Notes: generated by a model not told the origin, from the letters alone. 64,000 nt of DNA from Promethearchaeota archaeon (GCA_016839555.1 JAEOUA010000008.1:128001-192000), one strand, 5' to 3'. Shown: positions 1 to 9,453, numbered from the stretch's first letter. Made by a program: numbers and translations.

Positions 1-176
1 TTTTTACTGAGTGGCTATTTTTATCCGCTAATTTACTATGGTTCTTTGAGAATGGAGTTTTAATACTCATCAAAAAATAATTATCTCAACAATTATTTTT
101 TTTTTTATTTATTGATTTAAAATTTACTATTCAAGCTCTATAAACAATTCAGATTAAACGCATGATTCTATTAAAA

Positions 177-1205
177 TCAGGGATATAAAATCTCGTTCGC
201 CGATGATAGTTCTTTATATACTTCTTTTGCTAAATCTCTTAATCCATTAATTCCAATAGGTTCTTTTTTTAATCTTCTAGATTCCCAAATCTTTAAATTT
301 ATAAATTCTTGAGTTATTTCTTTAAGATATTTTTGCTGTGTTGAATATATATTATCACAAAAATCACAATTCTCAGCTGCATCTTCAGGAATTAACAGAT
401 TTACGTGAACTCCATGGAGATCAATATATTTTCTTGTTAATTCTCTTGCTCGTTTAATCTCTTGAAAACTGGGTTTTTCAGCTATGGTAACTAATCGAAG
501 AGAACCAATATCATGAATTAATTGGGTAATTCTTTCTCCTCTCTGTTCCAGATCTTGAACCATTTTTAAGATTTCAACTCCTAATTCTCTTCTTTTTTTA
601 TCATCAGCAAAAGGAGAGATCAATTTCTTGAATATTTTAGAAAAATTTTGAATTGCTCCTCTTATTGAATTATAGAAATTTAAGGAATACTTTAAGACTA
701 CCTTAACTTGGTCTTCAGGAATTTCAAAAAGAGCGAGCATATTTCCAGTAGGGGGCATATCAACCACCACTATGTCAAAAAGTATCTCTTGGCTTAGGTC
801 TCCTGCATCTAAGATTTTTTGAAAAAACATTGCGTTTTTTAAAGCTAAAGGAATAGAGTCTGCCGTAAAGGTTGTATCAATAAATTCTTCAATTTGAGGG
901 ATAAACCCCACAATAGGCATTCTTTTCATTAAGATTTTCATCTTCTCAATAAGTATTTTTGTATATTCTTCCGCATAAATATTTGGATCGGGTTCTATCC
1001 CCCACAGATTTCCTGTATCGTTTAATTTAGTCAATTTATTTCCAATTTCTGTGGAAAATAAATCGGAAAGATTATGAGCCATATCAAAAGAAATTACTAG
1101 AATTTTTTTATTTGGGAGTAAATCAGATAAAAGTACTGCGGTAGCGGCACTAATCGAACTTTTTCCCACTCCTCCTTTTCCTCCCAGCACAATTATCCTA
1201 TCCAT
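177..1205 (-). CDS. ArsA/Get3 (TRC40)-family ATPase
   Basis: Deviant Walker A GKGGVGKSS, switch I DMAHNLSD, switch II DMPPTG, and a C-terminal CDFC (CxxC) as in Get3-type proteins. 342 aa, single ATPase domain. Confidence 0.9.
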   Translation of the reverse strand: MDRIIVLGGKGGVGKSSISAATAVLLSDLLPNKKILVISFDMAHNLSDLFSTEIGNKLTKLNDTGNLWGIEPDPNIYAEEYTKILIEKMKILMKRMPIVGFIPQIEEFIDTTFTADSIPLALKNAMFFQKILDAGDLSQEILFDIVVVDMPPTGNMLALFEIPEDQVKVVLKYSLNFYNSIRGAIQNFSKIFKKLISPFADDKKRRELGVEILKMVQDLEQRGERITQLIHDIGSLRLVTIAEKPSFQEIKRARELTRKYIDLHGVHVNLLIPEDAAENCDFCDNIYSTQQKYLKEITQEFINLKIWESRRLKKEPIGINGLRDLAKEVYKELSSANEILYP

Positions 1206-1622
1206 ATTTGATCAGAGTTAATTTTTAAGTACTAAGACTTCAAAAGATACTATTAAGAAAAAAGAAAGTAATTTAAAACTGATTATACCAATAATACTAT
1301 CAAAATTAATATTATTTTTCCTTAAATTCAAATTCTGTAGGATTTTTTTCAGTAAAATTTCTTTACAAGATAAGGGGAAATTGATGTTGATAATCTAAGA
1401 TTTTTAAAAAATTAGTTAAAAATTTATTTGTTAAATGCTTATATTATAATATATATCCATCTTGAGAATTTTGATGGAAATCATATAGTAATTAAAATTA
1501 AAATAGATATTTGGTTAACATAATTTATTATTTCATTTATCATTAAAATTTAACAATCAACATAATTAAGACATTTAGCAAATTTAAAGGAAAAAAAGAA
1601 TATATTAACATTTTTTAAGGAA

Positions 1623-2836
1623 GTGATTAAGATTAACGATTCAGACAAATTTACTACTAAATATTATATTCGAGCTTCATTTGTTATAAAGGGGGTCGTA
1701 GAAAAGAGCGATATTGTGGGTGCTATATTCGGACAAAGCTGAAAAGATCTCCTTTTCTCGTCTAAACAGAAGGTCTTCTTTTAGATCTTGACTTACGAGA
1801 ACTTCAAAAATCTGGAAGAATAGGAAGAATTGAAGTCAATAATGAGACAAAAGAAGGAAAATCGAAAGGCACCATAATAATTCCAAGCTCTTTAACCCGA
1901 AAAGAAACTGCTTTACTAGCGGCAACGATAGAAACGGTATCGAGAGTAGGTCCTTGCGAAGCAGAAATCACCTTGCAAGAAATAAAGGATGTAAGAGAAA
2001 AAAAAAGAAAGGAAATTATTGAAAGGGCAGCAGAATTATTAAAAGAATGGGACCAGAAATCATTGGATGCCAGTGAGATTGAGGAAAAGATTGATACAGA
2101 TATTAGATTGGGAGAAATCATAACTTGGGGACCTGAGAACTTACCAGCAGGTCCCGATATTGAGGAAGAGGAGGAATTGATTATAGTAGAAGGACGTGCA
2201 GATGTATTAAATCTCTTACGAATTGGGATTAAAAATACAATAGCAGTTCAAGGAACCAGCATTCCTAAATCTATTATTGAACTCGCAAAAAATAAAAGGG
2301 TAACTGTTTTTCTCGATGGAGATCGTGGTGGAGATTTAATCCTGAAGGAATTGAGTCAATTAATAGATATAGATCATATCGCAAGAGCACCAGAAGGGTA
2401 TGAAGTCGAAGAACTTACTAGAAAACAATTAATTAAATATCTTCAGAAAAAAAGGCCAGCCTCATCTTATAAAATAGAAGAAGAAGTAGAGAAAGAAGAT
2501 GAAAATAAATATTCTTCCAAAGAAAAAGTATTGATTAGCTTTTTAGACAAATTGAAAGTAAAAAACAAAGAAATTATCATTGAAAAAATTAAAAATATTG
2601 AGAGCGGAACTGCGGTGGGCTATGATAAAAAATTACATCCACTATTTACTATTCCAGTAAGTGAATTATATAATTCAATTAATAAACATAGCAATACGAA
2701 ATATTTAATTTTAGATGGAATATTAACAGAGAGGCTTTTAAATCAATTACGTACCATGGAAATTAAATTTATAGCATGCAAGAATAAAGAAGCAGACTTA
2801 AAAGTACCTAATAATATTTCTGTTTATTATTTTTAA
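1623..2836 (+). CDS. dnaG: Archaeal DnaG (TOPRIM primase-like, exosome-associated), split gene: join(1623..1736,1766..2836), 394 aa after removing a 29-nt intron
   Basis: Exon 1 (GTG at 1623) reads MIKINDSDKFTTKYYIRASFVIKGVVEKSDIVGAIFGQ. Exon 2 resumes in another frame at 1766 as TEGLLLDLDLRELQKSGRIGRIEV and continues into the 1973..2836 ORF, which has TOPRIM motifs IIVEGRADV and FLDGDRGG. The joined sequence restores the conserved VVEKxDxVGAIFGQTEGLL motif. Confidence 0.93.
1737..1765 (+). other. Putative 29-nt bulge-helix-bulge (BHB-like) mRNA intron in dnaG
   Basis: Insert agctgaaaagatctccttttctcgtctaa. Central 4-bp helix GGAC(1731-34)/GUCU(1760-63), each strand followed by AAA (1735-37, 1764-66). 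Cutting after the 2nd nt of each AAA removes exactly 1737-1765 and restores the frame. Internal hairpin GAAAAG/CUUUUC. Confidence 0.85.
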
Positions 2837-2852
2837 AATAATTTTCAATTTT

Positions 2853-3281
2853 TTATTTTTTTTTAGTTTGAATATCAAAAGAAAAATTTAAGGGAATTCC
2901 CTTACTTATGCTTTCTGTTATTACACAATGTTCTTTAAACTGATTAATACATTTATCCAATTTATTTTTATCATCATTATTAATAGAACATTTAATTTCC
3001 AGCTCGATTTTTAGTAAACGCAAATTCAATTTATTTCCACGATGACTTAACTTCCCATCTACAATAATTTGTAAATCCTTTATCGGGATCGAATTTTTTT
3101 TTAAACAATAGGCGAACGAGGAGCCTGTACAACCACCTACTCCCATTAAAAAATATTCTACTGCTGATGGTCCCGTATCTTGTCCATGGAATGATTCAGG
3201 TTCATCAATATGAATATCAGTAAAATGTCTGGCGGAGGCTAGAAAATGAAGCCCTTCTGATAAATTAAGAAATACTTTCAA
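2853..3281 (-). CDS. OsmC/Ohr family protein
   Basis: DEPxxFxGxDxGPSxxE motif, first Cys (GGC) and second Cys (HCVI). 142 aa. Confidence 0.85.
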   Translation of the reverse strand: MKVFLNLSEGLHFLASARHFTDIHIDEPESFHGQDTGPSAVEYFLMGVGGCTGSSFAYCLKKNSIPIKDLQIIVDGKLSHRGNKLNLRLLKIELEIKCSINNDDKNKLDKCINQFKEHCVITESISKGIPLNFSFDIQTKKK

Positions 3282-3440
3282 AAAAGATCACTTCATTAAA
3301 AAAATGCATTAATATAATTAAAATAAATTATAGTAATTCTCAAATAAAAAGATTTATTTAAAATCCATTAATTTTAACTAAGAGAATTCAGCGCTTTAAG
3401 AAGTAAAAATGCATAATATGATTAAAATAGAAAATATTCA

Positions 3441-3683
3441 TTAAGTGGTTCCTATCGGAACAACACTTAAGATTAGTTGGATAATATACGAGATTCCGCC
3501 TAATATTAAAAGTCCTATTATAACTATTTTAAAAACGGTAAGATAATCTTCTCGCCCAGGTTTATTAGCTGTTTTTATAACGCGCTTCATTCCTTGGATA
3601 AGATCTACTACTTTTTGATAAAAGGTTCTCTTTTTTTTCTTGTCTTTACGATAGCTCTCATATTTGGGATACCGTTTCGACAT
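3441..3683 (-). CDS. secE: Protein translocase subunit SecE / Sec61-gamma
   Basis: RVIKTANKPGREDY motif followed by a single C-terminal TM helix. Lies directly downstream of ftsY. Confidence 0.9.
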   Translation of the reverse strand: MSKRYPKYESYRKDKKKKRTFYQKVVDLIQGMKRVIKTANKPGREDYLTVFKIVIIGLLILGGISYIIQLILSVVPIGTT

Positions 3684-3744
3684 AATTTATTAAAAATTTA
3701 ATTTTTTAAAAATTTATCTATAAATTATTTTTAAATAGACCCTT

Positions 3745-4644
3745 TTAGTCAGTTAACACGCTGGAAATAAATAAATCGGGATCAAACTTCTCTAAATCCG
3801 TATATTTTTGTCCAATCCCCACAAAGATTATTGGCTTTCTTGTTTCATGAGAAATAGAGAGAGCAGCACCTCCTTTCGCATCAGCATCCAACTTGGTTAG
3901 AATGGAAGCATCAACTCCCACATATTTATTAAATTCCTTCGCCTGAAAAAGCGCATCATTCCCAGCTAAAGAATCTCCAATGAATAATTTTAAATCTGGA
4001 TTAGCTACTCGACATATTTTTTCTATTTCTCTCATTAAATTTTTATCAGATACTTGGCGACCTGCCGTATCCACTAATACTACATCTATATTCTTAGCTT
4101 TTGCATGGTCTATCGCATCAAAGGAAACGCTCGCGGGATCGGATTTATATTGGCCCTTAATGACATTAACTCCTACATTATCCATGTGAGATGAGAGTTG
4201 TTCAATCGCACCTGCTCGAAAAGTATCCGAAGCAGCGGCAACCACAGAATATCCATTTTTTTTCAAATATCGCGCTATTTTTGCCATAGTGGTTGTCTTA
4301 CCTGTTCCATTAACTCCCAAAAACACAATGACATAGGGGAGATCTCCAGAAGCTTTTTTATTTTCAATTTCTTGAAGAAGATCTAGTTCAAAATCGGGTG
4401 TAAGAATTTTAGTAATGACTTCTTCCAAAGTTTTTTCTAAGAGTGCTTTTGTTGAGGTTAGCCTTCCAATTTGTTCTCCTTTTAATTTATCAATAATATT
4501 TTGGCATATTTCCTCTGCAGTATTCATAGCAACGTCATTGCGGAGTAATATAAGCTTTAAATCCTCAATTGCATCTTCTAATTTCTTTTCGGATAAAGTT
4601 TTATTTACAAAGGTAGATAAAGCATTTTTCAATTTATCTAACAT
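3745..4644 (-). CDS. ftsY: SRP receptor FtsY (NG domain only)
   Basis: GVNGTGKTTT, DTFRAGAIEQL, DTAGR, TKLDADAKGG and GIGQ motifs. Confidence 0.97.
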   Translation of the reverse strand: MLDKLKNALSTFVNKTLSEKKLEDAIEDLKLILLRNDVAMNTAEEICQNIIDKLKGEQIGRLTSTKALLEKTLEEVITKILTPDFELDLLQEIENKKASGDLPYVIVFLGVNGTGKTTTMAKIARYLKKNGYSVVAAASDTFRAGAIEQLSSHMDNVGVNVIKGQYKSDPASVSFDAIDHAKAKNIDVVLVDTAGRQVSDKNLMREIEKICRVANPDLKLFIGDSLAGNDALFQAKEFNKYVGVDASILTKLDADAKGGAALSISHETRKPIIFVGIGQKYTDLEKFDPDLFISSVLTD

Positions 4645-4724
4645 AAATTCGAGGAAAAAATTATTGTTTTATTTATTTTAATTTATAGTAAAAAGTGAAT
4701 AAAATAAGAATAGATTAACAAAAT

Positions 4725-5147
4725 TTATGATGATTGTGGGATTGTGTCTTGTCGAAACATTTGTGAAATTGTTTGTAAACGTGTTTCCATTTTATATAAT
4801 TGTTCATTGAGGAATTTAATTTGTTCTTGATGTTGATTTATTAATTTATCAATAAATTCTATTGAACCTTCAATATTTTTTTCAATAACCACATCCGACA
4901 CAGATAGTAAAATATTTTTTGGTTGTTTTATATTAGCTTTAAGATTGATTATTCCACCCACGGGAATTAATATTTCGTCCCCCTCTTGCACATTTTCCAA
5001 ATTTTTTAGTGTTTCTTTTGTATTTGATAAATTGCTTAAAGAGGCATAGATTAAATCGAGATTTTGCTCGTACATATCCTTTCTTTCTCTAATCGCTTGG
5101 AATTCATAAGCAAGAGCTTGGGTTTGAGATTGTTGAGAATTTTCCAT
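4725..5147 (-). CDS. pfdA: Prefoldin alpha subunit
   Basis: Coiled coil / beta-hairpin (EILIPVGG) / coiled coil. Conserved position between rpl18a and ftsY. Confidence 0.92.
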   Translation of the reverse strand: MENSQQSQTQALAYEFQAIRERKDMYEQNLDLIYASLSNLSNTKETLKNLENVQEGDEILIPVGGIINLKANIKQPKNILLSVSDVVIEKNIEGSIEFIDKLINQHQEQIKFLNEQLYKMETRLQTISQMFRQDTIPQSS

Positions 5148-5183
5148 TTAATTTTTTCACCTGTGATTGAATATTTTAAATTT

Positions 5184-5420
5184 TTATTTTTTAGAGAGTT
5201 CTTTTATTAAATAATCTTCAGCTTCTTCGGGAGATATTTCCTTAATTTCATCAATAGTAATTTGTCGCCTAAAGAGACCAATAGAACTTATTTGAGATAA
5301 TACTTTTTCTAGGGCATCCTCTTTTTTAAGTGCGCGCTTTTCCTTTCTAAATAAATATCGTTTATTATTCTTAAAATAATGTCCGGTTATTCTAAAGATT
5401 TTTATTTCAGACTCTGACAT
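5184..5420 (-). CDS. rpl18a: 50S ribosomal protein L18Ae/LX (eL20)
   Basis: KIFRITG...FRKEKRALKKEDALEKVLS...RRQITIDEIKEI, plus operon context. Confidence 0.9.
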   Translation of the reverse strand: MSESEIKIFRITGHYFKNNKRYLFRKEKRALKKEDALEKVLSQISSIGLFRRQITIDEIKEISPEEAEDYLIKELSKK

Positions 5421-5608
5421 TAATTCTAACCTATTAAAGTGATTCTATCGTATTAATTATGTGGATAGAATAATAATCCATAAATTATTAAATTTTGTCT
5501 TTATAGAGTATAATTCTTGAATTTTTTGTAGAAAAGGGAATTTTTTTTTTCCTTTAATATTTCTTTGAGATGATTATTTGCTATAAAAGGTTATTTCATT
5601 TATTATCT

Positions 5609-6286
5609 TTATAAACGTAATACATTTATTAATCTTGCCAATTCTGGTCCAGTGCTTCTCATCCCAAAAATTCCATTCTCATCATTCACGACAGCTCCAG
5701 CGCTTAAATAGGGAGTTCCTCTATTTATTGTGCTGACATCAGTTTCAACCTTTAGAATTGAGGAGATATATTTTATATCTTCATTTTCAGTCAGAGGATG
5801 CACTAAACAACCCTTATTATTTGCTATTCCTATTGACCCAGGCAAATGAATCCCCGCAAAATCAAATACAACGGTTTCCACATTTAAAATATCCTCTATA
5901 TGTGATCTATAATCCCTTAATAATGAACTAATTATCGCTCCTTTATCATTACACAGAATCAAATTTCCGAAAGCATTATCAATAGATTTAAGCTTTTCAA
6001 TATGAAGTGCATTTTCTTCATTTAGAAAATAACTTTTTAATTTAGAAAGCTCATCTTCTCTCAAAATATTGGGTAAAATGAGGCCATATTTATTACTTGC
6101 AGAATAAATACCAATAAGTTTTGAGTTGTTTATAGTAAACGGATATAAATTAATTTTAAATATTTGTTTTATTTTTTGGAGATCTGATTTTATTAAAGTA
6201 GGAGGATACAATACAAACGCGTTATTAACCTCTAAATAGACACCAATTAAGCTTTTACCAAATAGTTCAGTTTTGATAATGGCCAT
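5609..6286 (-). CDS. eif6: Translation initiation factor aIF6
   Basis: IGVY, GNLILCND, GCLVHP, TINRG and TGPEL pentein repeats. Confidence 0.95.
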   Translation of the reverse strand: MAIIKTELFGKSLIGVYLEVNNAFVLYPPTLIKSDLQKIKQIFKINLYPFTINNSKLIGIYSASNKYGLILPNILREDELSKLKSYFLNEENALHIEKLKSIDNAFGNLILCNDKGAIISSLLRDYRSHIEDILNVETVVFDFAGIHLPGSIGIANNKGCLVHPLTENEDIKYISSILKVETDVSTINRGTPYLSAGAVVNDENGIFGMRSTGPELARLINVLRL

Positions 6287-6392
6287 TATTTAGAAGGGTT
6301 TATTTTTTTACACATTTAAAGAAGAAAATAGTATATCTATATTTTGTATTAATTTCTTAAATTCTTTCAAATTTATAATAAGGTGAATGTTG

Positions 6393-6869
6393 TTATGCTA
6401 AATTCAAATAAACTAAGCCATCAATATTCTTTCTCGCCAGTACTCTAATTTTTCTAGGTGGTTTTTTAATTCCGCGTTCCCATATTTTCTCATTTACTTC
6501 TTGGGAAATTACTAAGTATTCTGGCTTAAAATGCTGTTGTATATATTCGCGAAGGTACCTTACTGCCTTTTTAGCCCACTTTGTGCGTGGTCCTTTACGA
6601 GCATTTTTTAAAGGGACGACATAAATTCTTTCATCAATGATTTCTTCTTCTGGGATACCCACTTCTTCTGGGATTTCCTCTTCTTCAATTTCTTCCTCAA
6701 AAACTTCACCTATTTTTTCCTCAGTAGATATTTCTTCTAAATCAAATTCTTCAATTTCTTCAATCTTCTCTTCCATTTCTTCTTTCTCAATTTTCTCAAA
6801 ATCTTCACCTTTTTCAGCTAACTCTTCTTCTAACTCATCTAAGCTTATTTCTTTTCTTTTTTTTGCCAT
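6393..6869 (-). CDS. rpl31e: 50S ribosomal protein L31e with long acidic N-terminal extension
   Basis: ERIYVVPL...WAKKAV...VNEKIWERGIKKPPRKIRV. The first ~75 aa are Glu-rich. Confidence 0.95.
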   Translation of the reverse strand: MAKKRKEISLDELEEELAEKGEDFEKIEKEEMEEKIEEIEEFDLEEISTEEKIGEVFEEEIEEEEIPEEVGIPEEEIIDERIYVVPLKNARKGPRTKWAKKAVRYLREYIQQHFKPEYLVISQEVNEKIWERGIKKPPRKIRVLARKNIDGLVYLNLA

Positions 6870-6898
6870 TATTTTTTACCCTTTAAAGTAAATTTAAA

Positions 6899-7060
6899 TT
6901 AATCGCGCTTTAATTTATTATTTCTCCAAGATCTTCTGGAAGTTGGATTTGTACTTACTTTTCTCCTTGTTTTAATCATTACCCAGTTGGGAACTGATTT
7001 ATTTTGCTTTAAATTCTTTCCTCGTCGTAATTTTACGGAAAGGTTTTTATTTCTTGCCAT
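6899..7060 (-). CDS. rpl39e: 50S ribosomal protein L39e (53 aa, missing from the ORF track)
   Basis: Translated by hand: MARNKNLSVKLRRGKNLKQNKSVPNWVMIKTRRKVSTNPTSRRSWRNNKLKRD. Contains the KQNxxVPxWV..KT and RRxWR motifs. Confidence 0.95.
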   Translation of the reverse strand: MARNKNLSVKLRRGKNLKQNKSVPNWVMIKTRRKVSTNPTSRRSWRNNKLKRD

Positions 7061-7086
7061 TATAATCATTTAAAGTATAATTTTCA

Positions 7087-7434
7087 TTAAAATTTCTTTA
7101 TCTTAAAATCTTTTTTTTTATTTGATGTTGAAATCTTTTCTAAAATCTTTTTGAAATTTTGATCTGACATTGGATTTGTGATTCTACCGGATTGATATAA
7201 CTGAATTAATTGTAGTTCAATCTGTTCTGCAAATTCAGGTCGTACCATTCTGATATTTTCAAGTCTCTGGCGTCCTTTTTGAGAAAGAATTTGCCTCATT
7301 ATTTTATATTTCTGTGCCTCAAACGCTTCTTGTTGCTGTTCTGCGAGCTTTTTTTGTGCTACTTGTTGTTTTAATTGTTCAAGTCTTTTCCTCCTGATTT
7401 CTTCTAATCTTTCAGAATTTTCTTCATCACTCAA
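7087..7434 (-). CDS. PDCD5-like DNA-binding protein
   Basis: LEEIRRKRLEQL...ILSQKGRQRLENIRMVRPEFAEQIELQLIQL. Canonical position after rps19e. GGTGA SD precedes the TTG start. Confidence 0.92.
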   Translation of the reverse strand: MSDEENSERLEEIRRKRLEQLKQQVAQKKLAEQQQEAFEAQKYKIMRQILSQKGRQRLENIRMVRPEFAEQIELQLIQLYQSGRITNPMSDQNFKKILEKISTSNKKKDFKIKKF

Positions 7435-7462
7435 ACAAAATCACCAGATTTTTTTTTATTTT

Positions 7463-7891
7463 TTATTTACTTTTATTGCGCAAAATTTCATAAGCAGTTC
7501 TTTCGAGGAAGCTTATTCCCTCAGGAGTCATCTCTCTTCCTTCTTTTTCTTTTTGATAAATTAAATTTGCCTCCTCTAATTGTTGGAGAGCAACACGGAT
7601 TATTTTCCCAGACCCTTTTACACTTTTATTTTTACCACGTTTCTTCCTTTCTCTTCCACCATAATGTTTTCTTAATCGATTTACTCCTAAAGGTCCAAAT
7701 TTTGATAACTTTCTAAGTAATGAAGCGCATCTCACAAACCAGAAGTTTTCTGAATCTATTGGTGCTAATTCTTTAAAACGAGCAGTTTTCCAATATTGAC
7801 TCCCTTCTGGAGGCTTAATTGAAGGATATTCTTTCAATTTATCAGCAATGACTGAAATTAATTTACTAGGTTTAACGAGGTAAATGGACAT
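7463..7891 (-). CDS. rps19e: 30S ribosomal protein S19e
   Basis: WFVRCASLLRK, GVNRLRKHYGG, GSGKIIRVALQQLE. Confidence 0.97.
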   Translation of the reverse strand: MSIYLVKPSKLISVIADKLKEYPSIKPPEGSQYWKTARFKELAPIDSENFWFVRCASLLRKLSKFGPLGVNRLRKHYGGRERKKRGKNKSVKGSGKIIRVALQQLEEANLIYQKEKEGREMTPEGISFLERTAYEILRNKSK

Positions 7892-7992
7892 ATATCAGTT
7901 TCATTTCTTTTTATTTCATTAAATATTATTGATAGTAATAATTTTAAAATTAAAAATTTTGCTAATTTAAAGCTAATTTGAAGGGTTTACTA

Positions 7993-8277
7993 ATGAATGC
8001 TAATGATTACAAAAAAAGGTTTCAAGAGGTTTTATTAAATAAACCACATTGTATTTTAGGAAAGAAAGGTATTGATGATAATGAAGGGTTTATTAAACAT
8101 GTGCAAGATTTATTAAAGAAACATAAAATAATAAAAATAAAACTCCTCAAAACTGCGCTTCATGGAGAAATTGTAGAGGATATTGCTCAAAAAATAGCTG
8201 ATAATACCGATTCTTATCTTTTAGATCTTCGAGGGAAAATAATTATTATTTCTAAACATCCAGTAAATATTCATTAA
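7993..8277 (+). CDS. YhbY/CRM-domain RNA-binding protein
   Basis: KPHCILGKKGI...LKKHKIIKIKLL...DLRGKIII. ATG at 7993 preferred over TTG at 7978. Confidence 0.85.
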   Translation: MNANDYKKRFQEVLLNKPHCILGKKGIDDNEGFIKHVQDLLKKHKIIKIKLLKTALHGEIVEDIAQKIADNTDSYLLDLRGKIIIISKHPVNIH

Positions 8278-8322
8278 TAATTGAATTAATAAAAATATTA
8301 ATAAAAGATTAAACCGTTTAAA

Positions 8323-8649
8323 ATGCCAAATTTTAAAAAGATTGCAAAAAACATAGCAAAAAATCGTATATTATACTTATTTGAACTTGCAGATAAAATT
8401 TTTCCAGAAAATAAAAGCTTAGCGAATCGATATGTAGAACTAGCAATGAAATATGCTCAGAGAGTAAAAGTGCGAATCCCACAACAATGGAAAAAAAGGA
8501 TTTGTCATAATTGTAAAAAATTTCTTTATCCAAGAATCAATTGTCGTATAAGACTTCAATCAAGGAAAGGGAAGGGTTCTCATATTTCGGTTACTTGTTT
8601 GGACTGTAATCATACAACTCGTTATTTCATTAAAACCTTAGAGACTTAA
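8323..8649 (+). CDS. rnp4: RNase P protein component 4 (Rpp21)
   Basis: IAKNRILYLF...LANRYV...KKRICHNC...VTCLDC zinc ribbon. Confidence 0.93.
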   Translation: MPNFKKIAKNIAKNRILYLFELADKIFPENKSLANRYVELAMKYAQRVKVRIPQQWKKRICHNCKKFLYPRINCRIRLQSRKGKGSHISVTCLDCNHTTRYFIKTLET

Positions 8650-8760
8650 ACCTAAGCAAGATATATTGTTTTAAAAATAGGCATTTTTAGCAAATCAATA
8701 TCGAGTTTTAATCATTAACTAATACAAATAATAATAAATGTTTTAAAAGACTTTAATGTA

Positions 8761-9453
8761 TTGAAACATATGAGTCTAATTATATTTCTAGTAGAATGCG
8801 GAATAGAGTTAATTCCGAAAAGGTTACGTGAACATCCCGCTATAAAAAGAAATTTATCTATGAAAAATTATTATACGCAATTATTAGATAATGCTCTACA
8901 TTATAGCGCTATGAAGAAATTAAAAAACAGCGAAAAACGAGGGCGCCCTGATATATCTCATCTCTGTTTGCTTAATGCATTAGGCTCCCCTTTAAATAAA
9001 ATGGGTAAGCTACAACTTTTTCTGCATACAATTAATAATAAACTGTTTGAATTCAATCCCGAAATTCGTATCGCCAAGAATTTTAATAGATTTAAAGGTT
9101 TAATGGCCAAAATGTTAATTGATAACGGGATTAAGTTTGAGAATGAATTTTTAATTTCCCCTATAAAAATAAGCTTGAATGAAAAAATAAAAGAATTCAC
9201 AGAATCTAAAGATTCAGAACTTATAATTCTTTCAAGGAGAGGGAAATTAATTTCTTCATATAGGGAGTTATATAAAGGAGATTCTTCAAAAAATTATATT
9301 CTTATAATAGGCGGCTTTCAAAAATCTTCTTTTTCCGAGGAAATTCATAATTTAACTAAAAATATAATTTCAATTTCAAATGAGTCTCTAAATGCGTGGA
9401 TTGTAGTCAGTAGAGCGATTACGTTTTATGAAATCTCTCTTAATATATATTAA
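8761..9453 (+). CDS. nep1: 16S rRNA pseudouridine methyltransferase Nep1/Emg1
   Basis: LLDNALH, KRGRPDI, SPLNKMG, RIAKNFNRFKGLM and IGGF motifs. Confidence 0.93.
   Translation: MKHMSLIIFLVECGIELIPKRLREHPAIKRNLSMKNYYTQLLDNALHYSAMKKLKNSEKRGRPDISHLCLLNALGSPLNKMGKLQLFLHTINNKLFEFNPEIRIAKNFNRFKGLMAKMLIDNGIKFENEFLISPIKISLNEKIKEFTESKDSELIILSRRGKLISSYRELYKGDSSKNYILIIGGFQKSSFSEEIHNLTKNIISISNESLNAWIVVSRAITFYEISLNIY

Noticed and set aside
1737-1765. Ribosomal frameshifting or hopping, or a simple sequencing indel, as the explanation of the dnaG break
   Set aside because: A frameshift would add about 10 residues inside an invariant motif. There is no matched take-off/landing codon pair. The insert is not a duplication of the flanks, and its ends coincide with BHB cut sites.
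1973-2836. ORF-track call of a 287-aa DnaG starting at TTG 1973
   Set aside because: Conserved DnaG sequence continues upstream in frame to 1766 and, across the 29-nt insert, to 1623. The short call is an artefact of the interruption.
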